NCBI GenBank assembly: GCA_035605585.1
Contig: DASTGP010000011.1
Location: forward strand, 3,834-67,833
Origin: Gallionella sp.
GTDB lineage: Bacteria; Pseudomonadota; Gammaproteobacteria; Burkholderiales; Gallionellaceae
Direction: 5' to 3'
Length of the DNA stretch: 64,000 bases
Below the pieces are notes generated by a model. The model was not told the DNA's origin and ran no database searches. It worked only from the letters and a program-made list of their open reading frames with translations. The translations under genes and the position numbers were made by a program. Of the stretch, positions 18,603-28,573 are shown one piece after another (the stretch's first letter is position 1; each line of letters begins with the position of its first letter).

Positions 18603-21600
18603 ATGCGGAAAAATCTTTTGATCAAATCGGGAATGCTGGCCGCTTTAATGTTGCTGCCATTGAATGCGGCGCTGGCAGCGACCTGCACCAGCCTGAGCGC
18701 GGGCAACTGGAATGCAGCCGGGCGCTGGTCTTGCGGACATATCCCGGTTGCGGCCGATACGGTGGTGATCGCGCACAACAATGTCAGGCTGACCAATAAT
18801 TACACGGTAGCGGGGCTGACCATCAATGCCGGTGCAGTGCTGGACGACAACGGCAACGATCTCTCCGTGACCGGTAGCGTGGTCAACAACGGCACTTTCG
18901 GCGTTAACGGCGGGGGCGGCAGGCTGTTGATGACGGGAGCCGGGAGTACGATATCCGGCGCTGGCACGTTTGCCGATTCGCGTCTCTACATCGATGCCGC
19001 CAACATCACGCTGCCGGCCGGTTCGAGCATGAACTTCACCAATGGCGCGCAGATCCGCGTCGGCAGCAACACGGCAGGTTCGTTCACCATTGCAGGTACC
19101 GTTACCGATACCGGTATTACGGCGGGAAACCGTATTTTGCGCGTTTATAACGCCTCTACCCTGACGATCAGCGGGACGTTCAATACACCTGCGTCCTATG
19201 CACAGATCCGTTCCGGCGGGACGGTGATTAACAACGGTACGGTCAATTTGCGATACCTCGATGGCAACGGCGCGGCAACGGCAACCTGGACACAGGGTGC
19301 GAGTTCCAACGTCACGTTTACCCAGCCTGCGGTTTCCTGGGCTGGGTCATTCAACGCCTCGGCTACCGGCAATACGGTTACCTATAATTCGCCTGCGACG
19401 CCGATCACGCCGACCACCAATACCTACTACAACCTGGGCGGAACCGGCGTGACCTGCCCGCATACTTTCATCGTGCTGGGATCGAATCCGTGTACCGCCC
19501 CGCCGGGTTCCGGTTTTGTGGTATCGAGCCCATCTACATGCAGCAGCGTGACCGGGGTCGGAACAATCCCCTGGCAGTTCCCGCAGAATGCGACGGCAAG
19601 CGACAATGTGTATGCCACGGCCCTGATGCTGCCAAACAGCACTTCCAACTATCTGAACTGCACCGGCTTCAACTTCAGCGCCATTCCCGCCGGCTCGACC
19701 ATCAGCGGGATCACCGTCAGCATCGAGCGCAAGGCCAGCAGCAATCGCAGGGCAAGGGATGCGTTCGTGTACCTGATCAAGGGAGGGATGATCGGCACTG
19801 CCTTCAACGGCGCGACGGCGACCCAATACACTACGGCCGATGTCGTGGCGGCGCATGGCGGCATGACCAGCCTGTGGGGGACGACCTGGACGGACACGGA
19901 CGTGAAGGCGGCCAATTTCGGTGTGGCTTATGCGGTGACTTCGACCAGGTTACTAACCGTGAGCGTCGATCACATCCAGGTTCGGGTGGATTACAGCTTT
20001 CCTGTCGCTGTAACGCCTTCGGATTTCAATATCTATGACACATCCACGTCACCTGCGAACAAGATCGACGGCGTCATTGGAACCAAGATCGCCGGGCAGC
20101 CTTTCACGCTGGACATTGCAGCATTGAATACGGCGGGCAATGCATTATTGACGTCCTTTACAGGGACGGTGAAAGTGGAGCTACTGGACGCCAGCGACAA
20201 CACCGGGGCGTTGATCAACGGTTGCCGTTCTACGTGGACGACGCTCCAGACTTTGGCCAACAACCAGACTTTTGCGGCAGGGGATGCGGGAATTACCGGT
20301 TCGGCGGGCAGGCACCGTATTACGCCCGCAATTACGGTGGGCAACGCTTACAAGGATGTGCGCGTGCGGGTGAGTTATCCGGCGACGGGGACGCCGACCA
20401 AGGTCGGATGTTCCACCGACAACTTCGCCATTCGCCCCGCCAGCCTCTCCGCGGTTTCGGTGAGCGATGCCGATTGGCAGACAACCGGTACGGCGCGTAA
20501 TCTGACCAATACCGCCGCGACGGGCGGGGTTGTACATAAGGCCGGGCAGCTGTTCACCATCGTGGCAACCGCCTACAACGCCGCGGCGACACCGGTAGTC
20601 ACGACCGGCTATGACGGCAGTCCGGTGGCGGTTGTGAACACGACCTTGCCTGTCGGCGGGGTCGATGGGGCGCTGACTTTCACCAACCCGACATGGGCGG
20701 TCAATGCGGGAACGGTGACCAACACGACTGCGCAATACGATGAAGTCGGCGTTTTCGACATGACGCTGGAAGACCATACCTTCGCTGCCGTCGATAGCGG
20801 CGACGGGACGGCGGCTTCGTGCGCGGGTTACTACGTCTGTTCGGCGGCGGTCGCGGTCGGGCGTTTCGTGCCGGATCACTTTGAACTGGTGGATGCGTCG
20901 GCCGATCCCGTGCTGGACCCGCTGGTCAACACTGCGGTCGATGCATGGTTGCCGACTACGGCGCATCAGTTCCGCACCTTCGATGCGACCGATGCTTCCT
21001 GCAATGCCGCGGCTGCAGCGCCCCAACGCTCCTTTACATACATCGGGCAGCCTTTCGGCTATGTCACTCCGCCCCAGGCCACGGTCAAGGCGATGGACGC
21101 TGTGGGCGGTGCGATCCAGAACTATGACCCCAACAAGTTTGACCCACTTACTCCTCCACTCGATGTGGCGGTGACTCAGGTTTACAGCGCGGCGGGCAGT
21201 GCATTGGATACCGGGCTGGCCATGCAACCGGCAATGCTCGCACCGAATGCCAATTATGCGGCGGGAACTAGTCCCATCGTCGGAACCGTGACGTTGAATA
21301 GCGCCGACAAACTGGCGTTTGTTCGCACTGTGCCGGTGGCGCCCTTCAATGCCAATATCACCCTGGCGCTTGATGTGAAGGATGCCAGCGAGAGTGGGGT
21401 GGCGGGCAATGGCATCATCATGGCCGATACACCTCTCATCTTCGCATCCATCCCATTCGATTCGGGCAACCAGATGCGTTTCGGCCAGATCAAGATGTCC
21501 AATGCGTATGGTTCGGAGCGGCTCGATTTGCAAGTTCCCCTGATGACGCAGCATTTCAACGGCGCGGGGTTCGTCACCAACACGGCGGATCACTGTACCA

Positions 21601-21914
21601 ACCTGATGGCGGCGAATATCGCTTTGGGGAATTATCGGGGGGGCATCACCGCAGCCAATCTTGGTGCCGGGCATGTCAATTTCGCGGGGCCATTTATCTC
21701 GGGAGCGGGAAGTCTGGTGTTGCGCAAGCCGAACCCCGTCCCCGCTGCAAGCGGCAGCGCCGATGTGGCGGTCGATCTGGCGGTTGAGGGGAAGAGCTAT
21801 CTCCAAGGCAAATGGAATGGATCGGCAAGCTACGATCAGAATCCATCCGCGCGCGCTACTTTTGGCGTCTATAAGGGCAAGAGTGTATTCATCTATCGGC
21901 GCGAGGCATATTGA
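18603..21914 (+). CDS. mshQ: MshQ-like pilus-associated adhesin
   Basis: Signal peptide MRKNLLIKSGMLAALMLLPLNAALA; C-terminal GRFVPDHF, RFGQIKMSNAYGSE, ATFGVYKG...IYRRE; follows mshP. Confidence 0.78.
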   Translation: MRKNLLIKSGMLAALMLLPLNAALAATCTSLSAGNWNAAGRWSCGHIPVAADTVVIAHNNVRLTNNYTVAGLTINAGAVLDDNGNDLSVTGSVVNNGTFGVNGGGGRLLMTGAGSTISGAGTFADSRLYIDAANITLPAGSSMNFTNGAQIRVGSNTAGSFTIAGTVTDTGITAGNRILRVYNASTLTISGTFNTPASYAQIRSGGTVINNGTVNLRYLDGNGAATATWTQGASSNVTFTQPAVSWAGSFNASATGNTVTYNSPATPITPTTNTYYNLGGTGVTCPHTFIVLGSNPCTAPPGSGFVVSSPSTCSSVTGVGTIPWQFPQNATASDNVYATALMLPNSTSNYLNCTGFNFSAIPAGSTISGITVSIERKASSNRRARDAFVYLIKGGMIGTAFNGATATQYTTADVVAAHGGMTSLWGTTWTDTDVKAANFGVAYAVTSTRLLTVSVDHIQVRVDYSFPVAVTPSDFNIYDTSTSPANKIDGVIGTKIAGQPFTLDIAALNTAGNALLTSFTGTVKVELLDASDNTGALINGCRSTWTTLQTLANNQTFAAGDAGITGSAGRHRITPAITVGNAYKDVRVRVSYPATGTPTKVGCSTDNFAIRPASLSAVSVSDADWQTTGTARNLTNTAATGGVVHKAGQLFTIVATAYNAAATPVVTTGYDGSPVAVVNTTLPVGGVDGALTFTNPTWAVNAGTVTNTTAQYDEVGVFDMTLEDHTFAAVDSGDGTAASCAGYYVCSAAVAVGRFVPDHFELVDASADPVLDPLVNTAVDAWLPTTAHQFRTFDATDASCNAAAAAPQRSFTYIGQPFGYVTPPQATVKAMDAVGGAIQNYDPNKFDPLTPPLDVAVTQVYSAAGSALDTGLAMQPAMLAPNANYAAGTSPIVGTVTLNSADKLAFVRTVPVAPFNANITLALDVKDASESGVAGNGIIMADTPLIFASIPFDSGNQMRFGQIKMSNAYGSERLDLQVPLMTQHFNGAGFVTNTADHCTNLMAANIALGNYRGGITAANLGAGHVNFAGPFISGAGSLVLRKPNPVPAASGSADVAVDLAVEGKSYLQGKWNGSASYDQNPSARATFGVYKGKSVFIYRREAY

Positions 21915-21943
21915 AGATATGGACTTTTGTTTTATGGAAAAAC

Positions 21944-21984
21944 AATTGACACCAATGGGTTATTGAATTAACTTCGTGTCAATT
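21944..21984 (+). promoter_or_regulatory. Candidate sigma70 promoter bracketed by a 9-bp inverted repeat
   Basis: TTGACA (21946-21951)-17 bp-TAACTT (21969-21974); AATTGACAC (21944-21952) / GTGTCAATT (21976-21984). Confidence 0.6.
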
Positions 21985-22941
21985 ATGAGAATTCCGTTTA
22001 TTCCTGCGATATTCAACTCAAAAAAGCGCGACTCAGGCTGGTTTGCCGTTGCATTGGGTTCACATGGCGTTTATCTGGCCAAGATTCAATTCAACGGGGC
22101 CATGCCGCGCGTGGTTCGCTGTGAATATCACGAGGACGGCACGGTGTCGGCGGCTTCGCTGGAGAAGTTGCGCCGTGAGGCGGGGCTCGGTAAAGAGCAT
22201 TTCACGACCTTGCTTGCCCCCGGCGAATACCAGATGTTGCTGGTCGAGGCCCCCAATGTTCCCGCCAACGAGTTGAAGACGGCGATCCGATGGAAAATCA
22301 AAGATGGCTTGAATTTCCACATAGACGACGCCACGGTTGATGTTTTGCAGATTCCGGCCAGCAAGTACGGCTCCGATCGGCCGTCCTCGATGTATGCAAT
22401 CGCCGCTTCGAATACCACGCTCCAGAAGCGCATCGAGATGTTCGAGCAGGCCAAGATCCCCTTGGATGTGATCGATATTCCCGAAACGGCGCAGCGGAAT
22501 ATTGCCGCGCTGTTCGAGCAGGAAGAGCGGGCATTGGCGCTGCTGGCGTTCAACGAGTATGGCGGATTGCTGACGTTCTCTTCCGGGGGCGAGTTATATC
22601 TGTCGCGACGCATCGAGATCAGTGTGGGGCAGTTGCAGGATGCCAACGAAGATCTACGCGCGCAATATCGTGATCGTGTCGAGCTGGAGTTGCAGCGCTC
22701 GCTGGATTACTTCGACAGGCAATATAACCATCTGCCGGTCAGCCGTGTGTTGGTTTGTGCGCCGGAGAGTACACGGCTGGTGGAGTTCCTCGTTTCGGCA
22801 GTAGATGCCAAGGTGGAGAAACTGGATCTATCCCAAGTCCTGGATATCAGCGCGGTCCCCGCGCTTGGCGATGACGAGTTCATCTCGCTTGCGTTGCCAG
22901 CTCTGGGCGCAGCCTTGCGACAGGAGAAGCGCACGCTATGA
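21985..22941 (+). CDS. mshI: MshI/PilM-like pilus assembly protein
   Basis: YQMLLVEAPNVP, LDVIDIPETAQRN, LELQRSLDYFDRQ; start could be 21976 or 21985. Confidence 0.75.
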   Translation: MRIPFIPAIFNSKKRDSGWFAVALGSHGVYLAKIQFNGAMPRVVRCEYHEDGTVSAASLEKLRREAGLGKEHFTTLLAPGEYQMLLVEAPNVPANELKTAIRWKIKDGLNFHIDDATVDVLQIPASKYGSDRPSSMYAIAASNTTLQKRIEMFEQAKIPLDVIDIPETAQRNIAALFEQEERALALLAFNEYGGLLTFSSGGELYLSRRIEISVGQLQDANEDLRAQYRDRVELELQRSLDYFDRQYNHLPVSRVLVCAPESTRLVEFLVSAVDAKVEKLDLSQVLDISAVPALGDDEFISLALPALGAALRQEKRTL

Positions 22942-23579
22942 GCCAGCAGATCAACCTGTTTAACCCGGTTTTCATGAAGCAGCGCAAATATTTTTCGCTG
23001 CTCACCATGTTGCAGGCGTTGGGTATGATCGTCGCGGGATCACTGTGCTTTTACGCCTATGCGGTTTACCAGGTTGGGCAGCTTGGCAAGCAGGTGCGGG
23101 AGAGTACCGCGAGGTATAACGCCGAGCAGGCTCGTTTGGTGCGTTTCTCTGCCGAATTTTCCCCGCAACAGGCTGGGCAGTTGTTGCAGGATGAGATTAA
23201 ACGGCTGGAGAAGCAGGCTTCAGAGCAGAGCGAGTTGATCGAGACGCTGAAATCCGGGGCGGTCGGGAATACCTCCGGTTACTCGGAATACATGCGTGCA
23301 TTTGCGCGCCAAGCAGTGCCCGGGCTGTGGTTGACCGGCTTCACTGTAATAGGCGATGCAGCCCAGATCAGACTGACCGGCAGGACTCTGAGTCCGGAAT
23401 TATTGCCGGTGTATATCCAGCGCTTGGGCAAGGAGAGCATCATGCGGGGAAAGACTTTCGCTGCCCTGCAGATGCAACAGCCCAAGGCTGAGGGGAGGGC
23501 GAATGCGGTTCCCGTTCCCACGCCGCATTATGTGGAGTTTGTTTTGAATTCCTCCCCCGACAGCGAGGCCAAGAAATGA
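22938..23579 (+). CDS. PilN-like (MshI2) pilus assembly protein
   Basis: MSQQINLF, one TM, coiled coil, GLWLTGF, LPVYIQRL. Confidence 0.75.
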   Translation: MSQQINLFNPVFMKQRKYFSLLTMLQALGMIVAGSLCFYAYAVYQVGQLGKQVRESTARYNAEQARLVRFSAEFSPQQAGQLLQDEIKRLEKQASEQSELIETLKSGAVGNTSGYSEYMRAFARQAVPGLWLTGFTVIGDAAQIRLTGRTLSPELLPVYIQRLGKESIMRGKTFAALQMQQPKAEGRANAVPVPTPHYVEFVLNSSPDSEAKK

Positions 23580-24268
23580 TGCGGCGTTACTGGGAGTCGG
23601 CGCGCGGCAAGATAGACGACATGTCATTGCGCGAGCGCGTGCTGATTTTTGCCGCAGCGGCCTTCGTGGTGATTTCGCTCATGGATACGTTCTTGCTGGA
23701 GCCGTTGTTATCTCGCCAAAAAGACTTGTCGGTAAAATTGGTGCAGCAGCAGGAAAAAATGAAGGAGATACATGCGCAGATGCAGGCATTGCTGCAGGCC
23801 AAGAGCGATGATGAGCATTCTCCGTTGCGCAGCCACCTCGGGCAGCTCCGGCAGCAATTGCAGGAACAGGATGGCTTTTTGCAAAGTCGCCGGGATCGTC
23901 TAGTCGAACCGGGAAAGATGGCCAATACGCTCGAACAGGTATTGAACAGAAACGGCCAGCTGGAACTGGTCGCCCTGAATACGCTGCCTGTTGAGCCATT
24001 GATCGAAAAGCCATTGCAGGAAGGGGCGGCGGCCCAGCATGCTGTTTCCGATCAGGATGCGGGACAGAAACAGATTTTTAAGCATGGCGTAAAGATAACC
24101 GTGCGCGGCAGTTACCCGGACCTGATGCAATATCTCATGGCTCTGGAGAGGATGCCGGTTCAAATGTTCTGGGGCGAAGCGAGCCTGAGTGTGGACCAGT
24201 ATCCTGTAGCGTCGCTTACGCTCACTTTGTACACCTTGAGTTTGGATAAGACATGGCTCGCGGTTTAA
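23576..24268 (+). CDS. mshJ: MshJ/GspM-like pilus assembly protein
   Basis: MSLRERVLIF, IFKHGVKITVRGSY, LYTLSLDK. Confidence 0.8.
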   Translation: MMRRYWESARGKIDDMSLRERVLIFAAAAFVVISLMDTFLLEPLLSRQKDLSVKLVQQQEKMKEIHAQMQALLQAKSDDEHSPLRSHLGQLRQQLQEQDGFLQSRRDRLVEPGKMANTLEQVLNRNGQLELVALNTLPVEPLIEKPLQEGAAAQHAVSDQDAGQKQIFKHGVKITVRGSYPDLMQYLMALERMPVQMFWGEASLSVDQYPVASLTLTLYTLSLDKTWLAV

Positions 24269-24684
24269 GAAAATACGGTGCACTCCTGGCGCTTGCACTG
24301 CCGGCATGCGCACTTGCTGAGGATCTGCCCGATCCGACGCGCCCACCTGCCGCAATCATGGCGCCGTCCGCAGCTGGGACGGGGGCCGAGGAGGGGGCAT
24401 CAACCGGCTTGCAGTCGGTCATCATTTCCGGTCACCGCCGCGCCGCGATCATTGACGGCCAAACCGTTGAATTGGGCGGAAAACATGGCGATGCCAGATT
24501 GATCGAGGTAAACGAAGGCAGTGTAGTGTTACAGGGGCCTCAGGGCCGGCAAGTGCTGAAACTGTTTCCAAGTGTCAGGATGGTCAGTAAAAAAGAATTG
24601 GATGTAAGGCCGCAACAAGCGGCAAGCAAGGCGCGGGCACGGAAAGCGACGAATAAACCGGCAGCGCACAAGGAGAAGAAATGA
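24253..24684 (+). CDS. mshK: MshK-like pilus assembly protein
   Basis: Signal peptide, LPDPTRPP, LQSVIIS...AAIIDG. Confidence 0.75.
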   Translation: MARGLRKYGALLALALPACALAEDLPDPTRPPAAIMAPSAAGTGAEEGASTGLQSVIISGHRRAAIIDGQTVELGGKHGDARLIEVNEGSVVLQGPQGRQVLKLFPSVRMVSKKELDVRPQQAASKARARKATNKPAAHKEKK

Positions 24685-26441
24685 GAATTCTGTTATGGCT
24701 AAGCGCGGCGCTGATGATGGCGGGCTGTGCGGTTCCGGCTGGCAAGAATCAAACCGTAGACACCATCCAGCGGGAGATGAATCAGGCCGCGCTGAACGGC
24801 ACGCAGACTAAAGCCGATGCGGTGAACAATGCCCTGTTGCCGCCGCTGGCGGCTGAGATGCCTAAAGTGGAGAGCAAGCCGCTGGAAACCAGGTTCGACC
24901 TGTCAGTGAACAATACGCCGGTCAGCCAAGTGTTCATGGCCATCGTTTCCGGCACACGCTACAGCATGTTGCTGCACCCGGATGTCGGCGGAAATATTTC
25001 ACTGAATCTGAAGGACGTGACGGTGTTCGAGGCGCTTGAGGCGATTCGGGAGATGTACGGCTACGATTACAAGATCGATGGAACGCGTATCTATATTCAG
25101 CCGCTGACGATGCAGACGCGGTTGTTCCAAGTTAGTTATTTAACCGGGACTCGTGCGGGGACTTCGTCGGTGCGGGTGACATCCAGTGCGCTGACGGATA
25201 GCTCCACCGGCTCGACCAGCACAGGCGCCCCCGGACAATCGAACAACCAAGGCACGACGATAGTGGGCGATGCCGAGAACAAGGGGTTGAAGTTCGAACG
25301 AGGCATGGACAACAGCAGCAAGGTGACTACCACGACTGCCAGCGATTTCTGGGATGAATTGGCCCAAGCGTTAATGCTGATTTTGGGAGGGGAAGAAAAG
25401 TCGGATAGGAAGGGATTGAAGCTTCCTCAAGGTCGCAGTCTTTCCGTGAGCCCCATGTCCGGAGTAATAGTTGTTCGAGCCATGCCGGACGAATTGAAAA
25501 ATATTTCGGCTTTCCTCAAGGCTTCACAGATTTCCGTTGAACGTCAGGTGATTCTCGAAGCCAAGATCATCGAGGTGCAGTTGAACGACGGATTCCAATC
25601 CGGTGTGAACTGGGCCGCATTCAAAAACGGGCCGAATAGCACGACTTCGATCGGACAGATCGGCAGCGGCGGATCCCTGGCTCCAATTGTCGGAGGTGTT
25701 CCCTCGTTGATCAGCGGAGGTGGAACGCTGAGTTCGATACCGGGAACGGATTTGATCAATGCGGCGACGGTTGGCGGCGGGTCCTTGTTCGGTTTAGCGT
25801 TCCAAACCAGTAACTTCGCCGCGCTGTTGAGCTTCCTCGAATCCCAGGGCAATGTGCATGTGTTGTCCAGTCCGCGCATTGCAACCTTGAACAACCAGAA
25901 GGCTGTGTTGAAGGTTGGAACGGATGAGTTCTTTGTGACCGAGGTTACCGGCGGGACTCAGGCTACTGCTAATATTGCGGGAACCGCACCCACGGTCAAG
26001 GTCCAGCCGTTCTTTTCCGGGATTGCGCTGGATGTGACGCCACGCATCGACGAGAATAATGAAATCATTCTGCATGTCCACCCTGCGGTCAGCACTGTCT
26101 CGACAGTAAACAAAACACTGAACTTGGGCGTGACTATGGGGACTTTCAATCTCCCATTGGCTTCCAGTTCCGTTTCCGAGACCGACAGTATCGTGCGAGC
26201 CCGAGACGGGCAGATCGTTGCTATCGGCGGCTTGATGCGCCAGGCGACCTTCGACGACCAGTCCGGTTTGCCGGGGCTGCCCAAGACGGTGTTCGGACAG
26301 ACCAATAAGCGCAACGAGAAGCGCGAACTGGTGATCTTGTTGAAGCCGACCGTGGTGGACAACGACAAGGACTGGTCGCAGGACATCACGCAAAGCCGCG
26401 ACCGCTTCAATGGCATGACGGGTTCCGCCGGCAAGCAGTGA
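24681..26441 (+). CDS. mshL: MSHA-type secretin
   Basis: Lipobox LMMAG|C, RQVILEAKIIEVQL, VLSSPRIATLNNQKAVLKVG, PFFSGIALDVTP, RELVILLKP. Confidence 0.92.
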   Translation: MRILLWLSAALMMAGCAVPAGKNQTVDTIQREMNQAALNGTQTKADAVNNALLPPLAAEMPKVESKPLETRFDLSVNNTPVSQVFMAIVSGTRYSMLLHPDVGGNISLNLKDVTVFEALEAIREMYGYDYKIDGTRIYIQPLTMQTRLFQVSYLTGTRAGTSSVRVTSSALTDSSTGSTSTGAPGQSNNQGTTIVGDAENKGLKFERGMDNSSKVTTTTASDFWDELAQALMLILGGEEKSDRKGLKLPQGRSLSVSPMSGVIVVRAMPDELKNISAFLKASQISVERQVILEAKIIEVQLNDGFQSGVNWAAFKNGPNSTTSIGQIGSGGSLAPIVGGVPSLISGGGTLSSIPGTDLINAATVGGGSLFGLAFQTSNFAALLSFLESQGNVHVLSSPRIATLNNQKAVLKVGTDEFFVTEVTGGTQATANIAGTAPTVKVQPFFSGIALDVTPRIDENNEIILHVHPAVSTVSTVNKTLNLGVTMGTFNLPLASSSVSETDSIVRARDGQIVAIGGLMRQATFDDQSGLPGLPKTVFGQTNKRNEKRELVILLKPTVVDNDKDWSQDITQSRDRFNGMTGSAGKQ

Positions 26442-26442
26442 G

Positions 26443-27399
26443 ATGTACCTACAACATTTCGGCCTGCGCGAACCGCCGTTCGGTTTAACGCCTGACACCA
26501 GTTTTTTCTTCGCCTGCACCAGCTACCAGGAGGCGCTCAACACCCTGCTGGTCGCGGCGCGCAACGGCGAGGGTTTCATCAAGATCACCGGCGAGGTGGG
26601 CAACGGCAAGACGCTGCTGTGCCGCAAGTTTCTCGCCACGCTCAATCAGGGACGGCAATCCACCACGCTGATCGGCACTCAGGACGAAACGGCCGATGCG
26701 CCTCCTGCGCCGCGCTTCATCACCGCCTATATCCCCAATCCCTATCTCGAGCCGCGCAGCCTGCTGCTGGCACTGGCGGAGGAGTTCCGAGTGCCGCTGG
26801 AGAAGGATACCGACCAGCACCTGTTGCTGAAGGGCCTGACGCGTGCGCTGCTGGATTGCGCGCGCAACGGCCAGCGTGCGCTGGTGTGCCTGGACGAGGC
26901 GCAGGCCATGCCGCTGGAGAGCCTGGAAGTGTTGCGCCTGCTGACCAATCTCGAAACCGAAAAACGCAAGCTATTGCAGGTGGTGCTGTTCGGCCAGCCC
27001 GAGTTGAACGATCGTTTGCGTCATCACTCGGTCCGCCAGCTGCGACAGCGCATCAGCTTCCAATACGATCTGCGAGGCTTGCAGCGCGACGAGCTGGAAC
27101 GCTATCTGCGCCATCGGGTGGCGGTTGCGGGGTTCGCCGGCGACACGCTGTTCGGCAAGGGGGCGGTGGCCAAGCTGCACCGCATCACGGGCGGCACGCC
27201 GAGGTTGGTCAACATCGTCGCGCATAAATCGTTGATGCTGGCCTTCAGCGAGGGAAGGCGGCAGGTGTTGACCAAGCATATTCGCGATGCGGCGGCCGAT
27301 ACGCCGGAGGTGCGCCGCGACTGGCTCCCGTGGGCGCTGACATTGTCCGGCGTGGCGCTCATCGCCTCGATGGCTGCTGCGTGGATGGCCCTTCAATGA
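26443..27399 (+). CDS. mshM: ExeA-family AAA ATPase
   Basis: MYLQHFGLREPPFGLTPD, GEVGNGKT, DEAQ, LFGQPEL. Confidence 0.88.
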   Translation: MYLQHFGLREPPFGLTPDTSFFFACTSYQEALNTLLVAARNGEGFIKITGEVGNGKTLLCRKFLATLNQGRQSTTLIGTQDETADAPPAPRFITAYIPNPYLEPRSLLLALAEEFRVPLEKDTDQHLLLKGLTRALLDCARNGQRALVCLDEAQAMPLESLEVLRLLTNLETEKRKLLQVVLFGQPELNDRLRHHSVRQLRQRISFQYDLRGLQRDELERYLRHRVAVAGFAGDTLFGKGAVAKLHRITGGTPRLVNIVAHKSLMLAFSEGRRQVLTKHIRDAAADTPEVRRDWLPWALTLSGVALIASMAAAWMALQ

Positions 27400-28421
27400 G
27401 CGTCATCAACCAGGTGCTCAACCAGCTTGAGCAACGCGGGGCGAACACCGCGCCGGAGCAGACCATGGTGCGCGCCGTGCCGCCCGTCAGGCGCAGCCTG
27501 CTCAAGCCGGCCTTGCTGGTGCTGGTATTGATCGCCGCCGGGAGTGCGGCATGGTTGCTGGTTCGTAAGCCGGCTGCCGTGGTGCCGAACGTCACGCGGC
27601 CTGCCTCCGCCGCTATATCGGCCGAGGAGAACGGGCTGGCGATGCTGCCCCCCGCTTCGCGTCTGAGCTTCGAGTTGAATTCCGTGCCGCTGCCTACTCG
27701 TTTGCCCGAGCCAAAAAATAGCACTGCCCCCAAATCTACTTCCGTGCCACCGCCGTCAAGCGTTCCAGATAATCTGCAAACGCCACCGGCCGCGATTCCG
27801 AATGCGCCTGCCGTCCAGGCAAGTATCGGTGACTTGCCGATCAAGCAGATCAGCCGGGCGCAGCAGGCCGATGCGGAATTCCGCAGGGGAGTCGCGTTGA
27901 TGCAGCAGGGGCGTATCGCCGAGGCGATCGGCGGTTACGAGGCGGCGTTGCAATTGGATGCCGGGCATCATGCGGCGCGCCAGGCGCTGGTGGCCTTGTT
28001 GCTGGAGGGCAAGCGCGGCGCGGATGCCGAGCGTGTGCTGCAGGAGGGGCTGAAGATCGGGCCGGACCAAATCGGTTTCGCCATGCTGCTGGCGCGCCTG
28101 CAGGTCGAGCGCGGCGCGGTCGATCAGGCCATGGCGACGCTGGATAAGTCTCTGCCGTATGCGGGCAACCTGGCGGATTATCAGGCATTCATCGCCGCGC
28201 TGTTCCAGCGCCAGGGGCGGCACAAGGAAGCAGTCGATCATTATCAGCTCGCGCTGCAGCTCGTCCCGAACAATGGCGTCTGGCTGATGGGTTACGGCAT
28301 CTCGTTGCAAGGCTTGCAGCGTAATACCGATGCGAAGGAGGCGTTCATGCGAGCGCTCGATTCACAGACCCTGAGCCCGGAACTTCAGAAGTTCGTGCAG
28401 CAGAAACTCAAGGTGCTTTGA
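27396..28421 (+). CDS. mshN: TPR protein MshN-like
   Basis: MSVINQVLNQLEQR, TM, Pro-rich linker, TPR repeats, WLMGYGISL. Confidence 0.82.
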   Translation: MSVINQVLNQLEQRGANTAPEQTMVRAVPPVRRSLLKPALLVLVLIAAGSAAWLLVRKPAAVVPNVTRPASAAISAEENGLAMLPPASRLSFELNSVPLPTRLPEPKNSTAPKSTSVPPPSSVPDNLQTPPAAIPNAPAVQASIGDLPIKQISRAQQADAEFRRGVALMQQGRIAEAIGGYEAALQLDAGHHAARQALVALLLEGKRGADAERVLQEGLKIGPDQIGFAMLLARLQVERGAVDQAMATLDKSLPYAGNLADYQAFIAALFQRQGRHKEAVDHYQLALQLVPNNGVWLMGYGISLQGLQRNTDAKEAFMRALDSQTLSPELQKFVQQKLKVL

Positions 28422-28461
28422 GACTCAACTCGTTTCTATCCACGAGAATTGCAGGTTCGTT

Positions 28462-28516
28462 GTAGGAGTGAGCCCTGCACGCGACCGCGGCTATCGCGTG
28501 CAGGGCACGCTCCTAC
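28462..28516. repeat. GTAG-type REP doublet
   Basis: 23-bp arms (21/23 complementary) GTAGGAGTGAGCCCTGCACGCGA / TCGCGTGCAGGGCACGCTCCTAC between convergent genes. Confidence 0.85.
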
Positions 28517-28573
28517 GAAAATCTGCCGAGCTTCTTGGGTTGAACGGGGGTAAAAGAATTCCCGCGTTACGGT

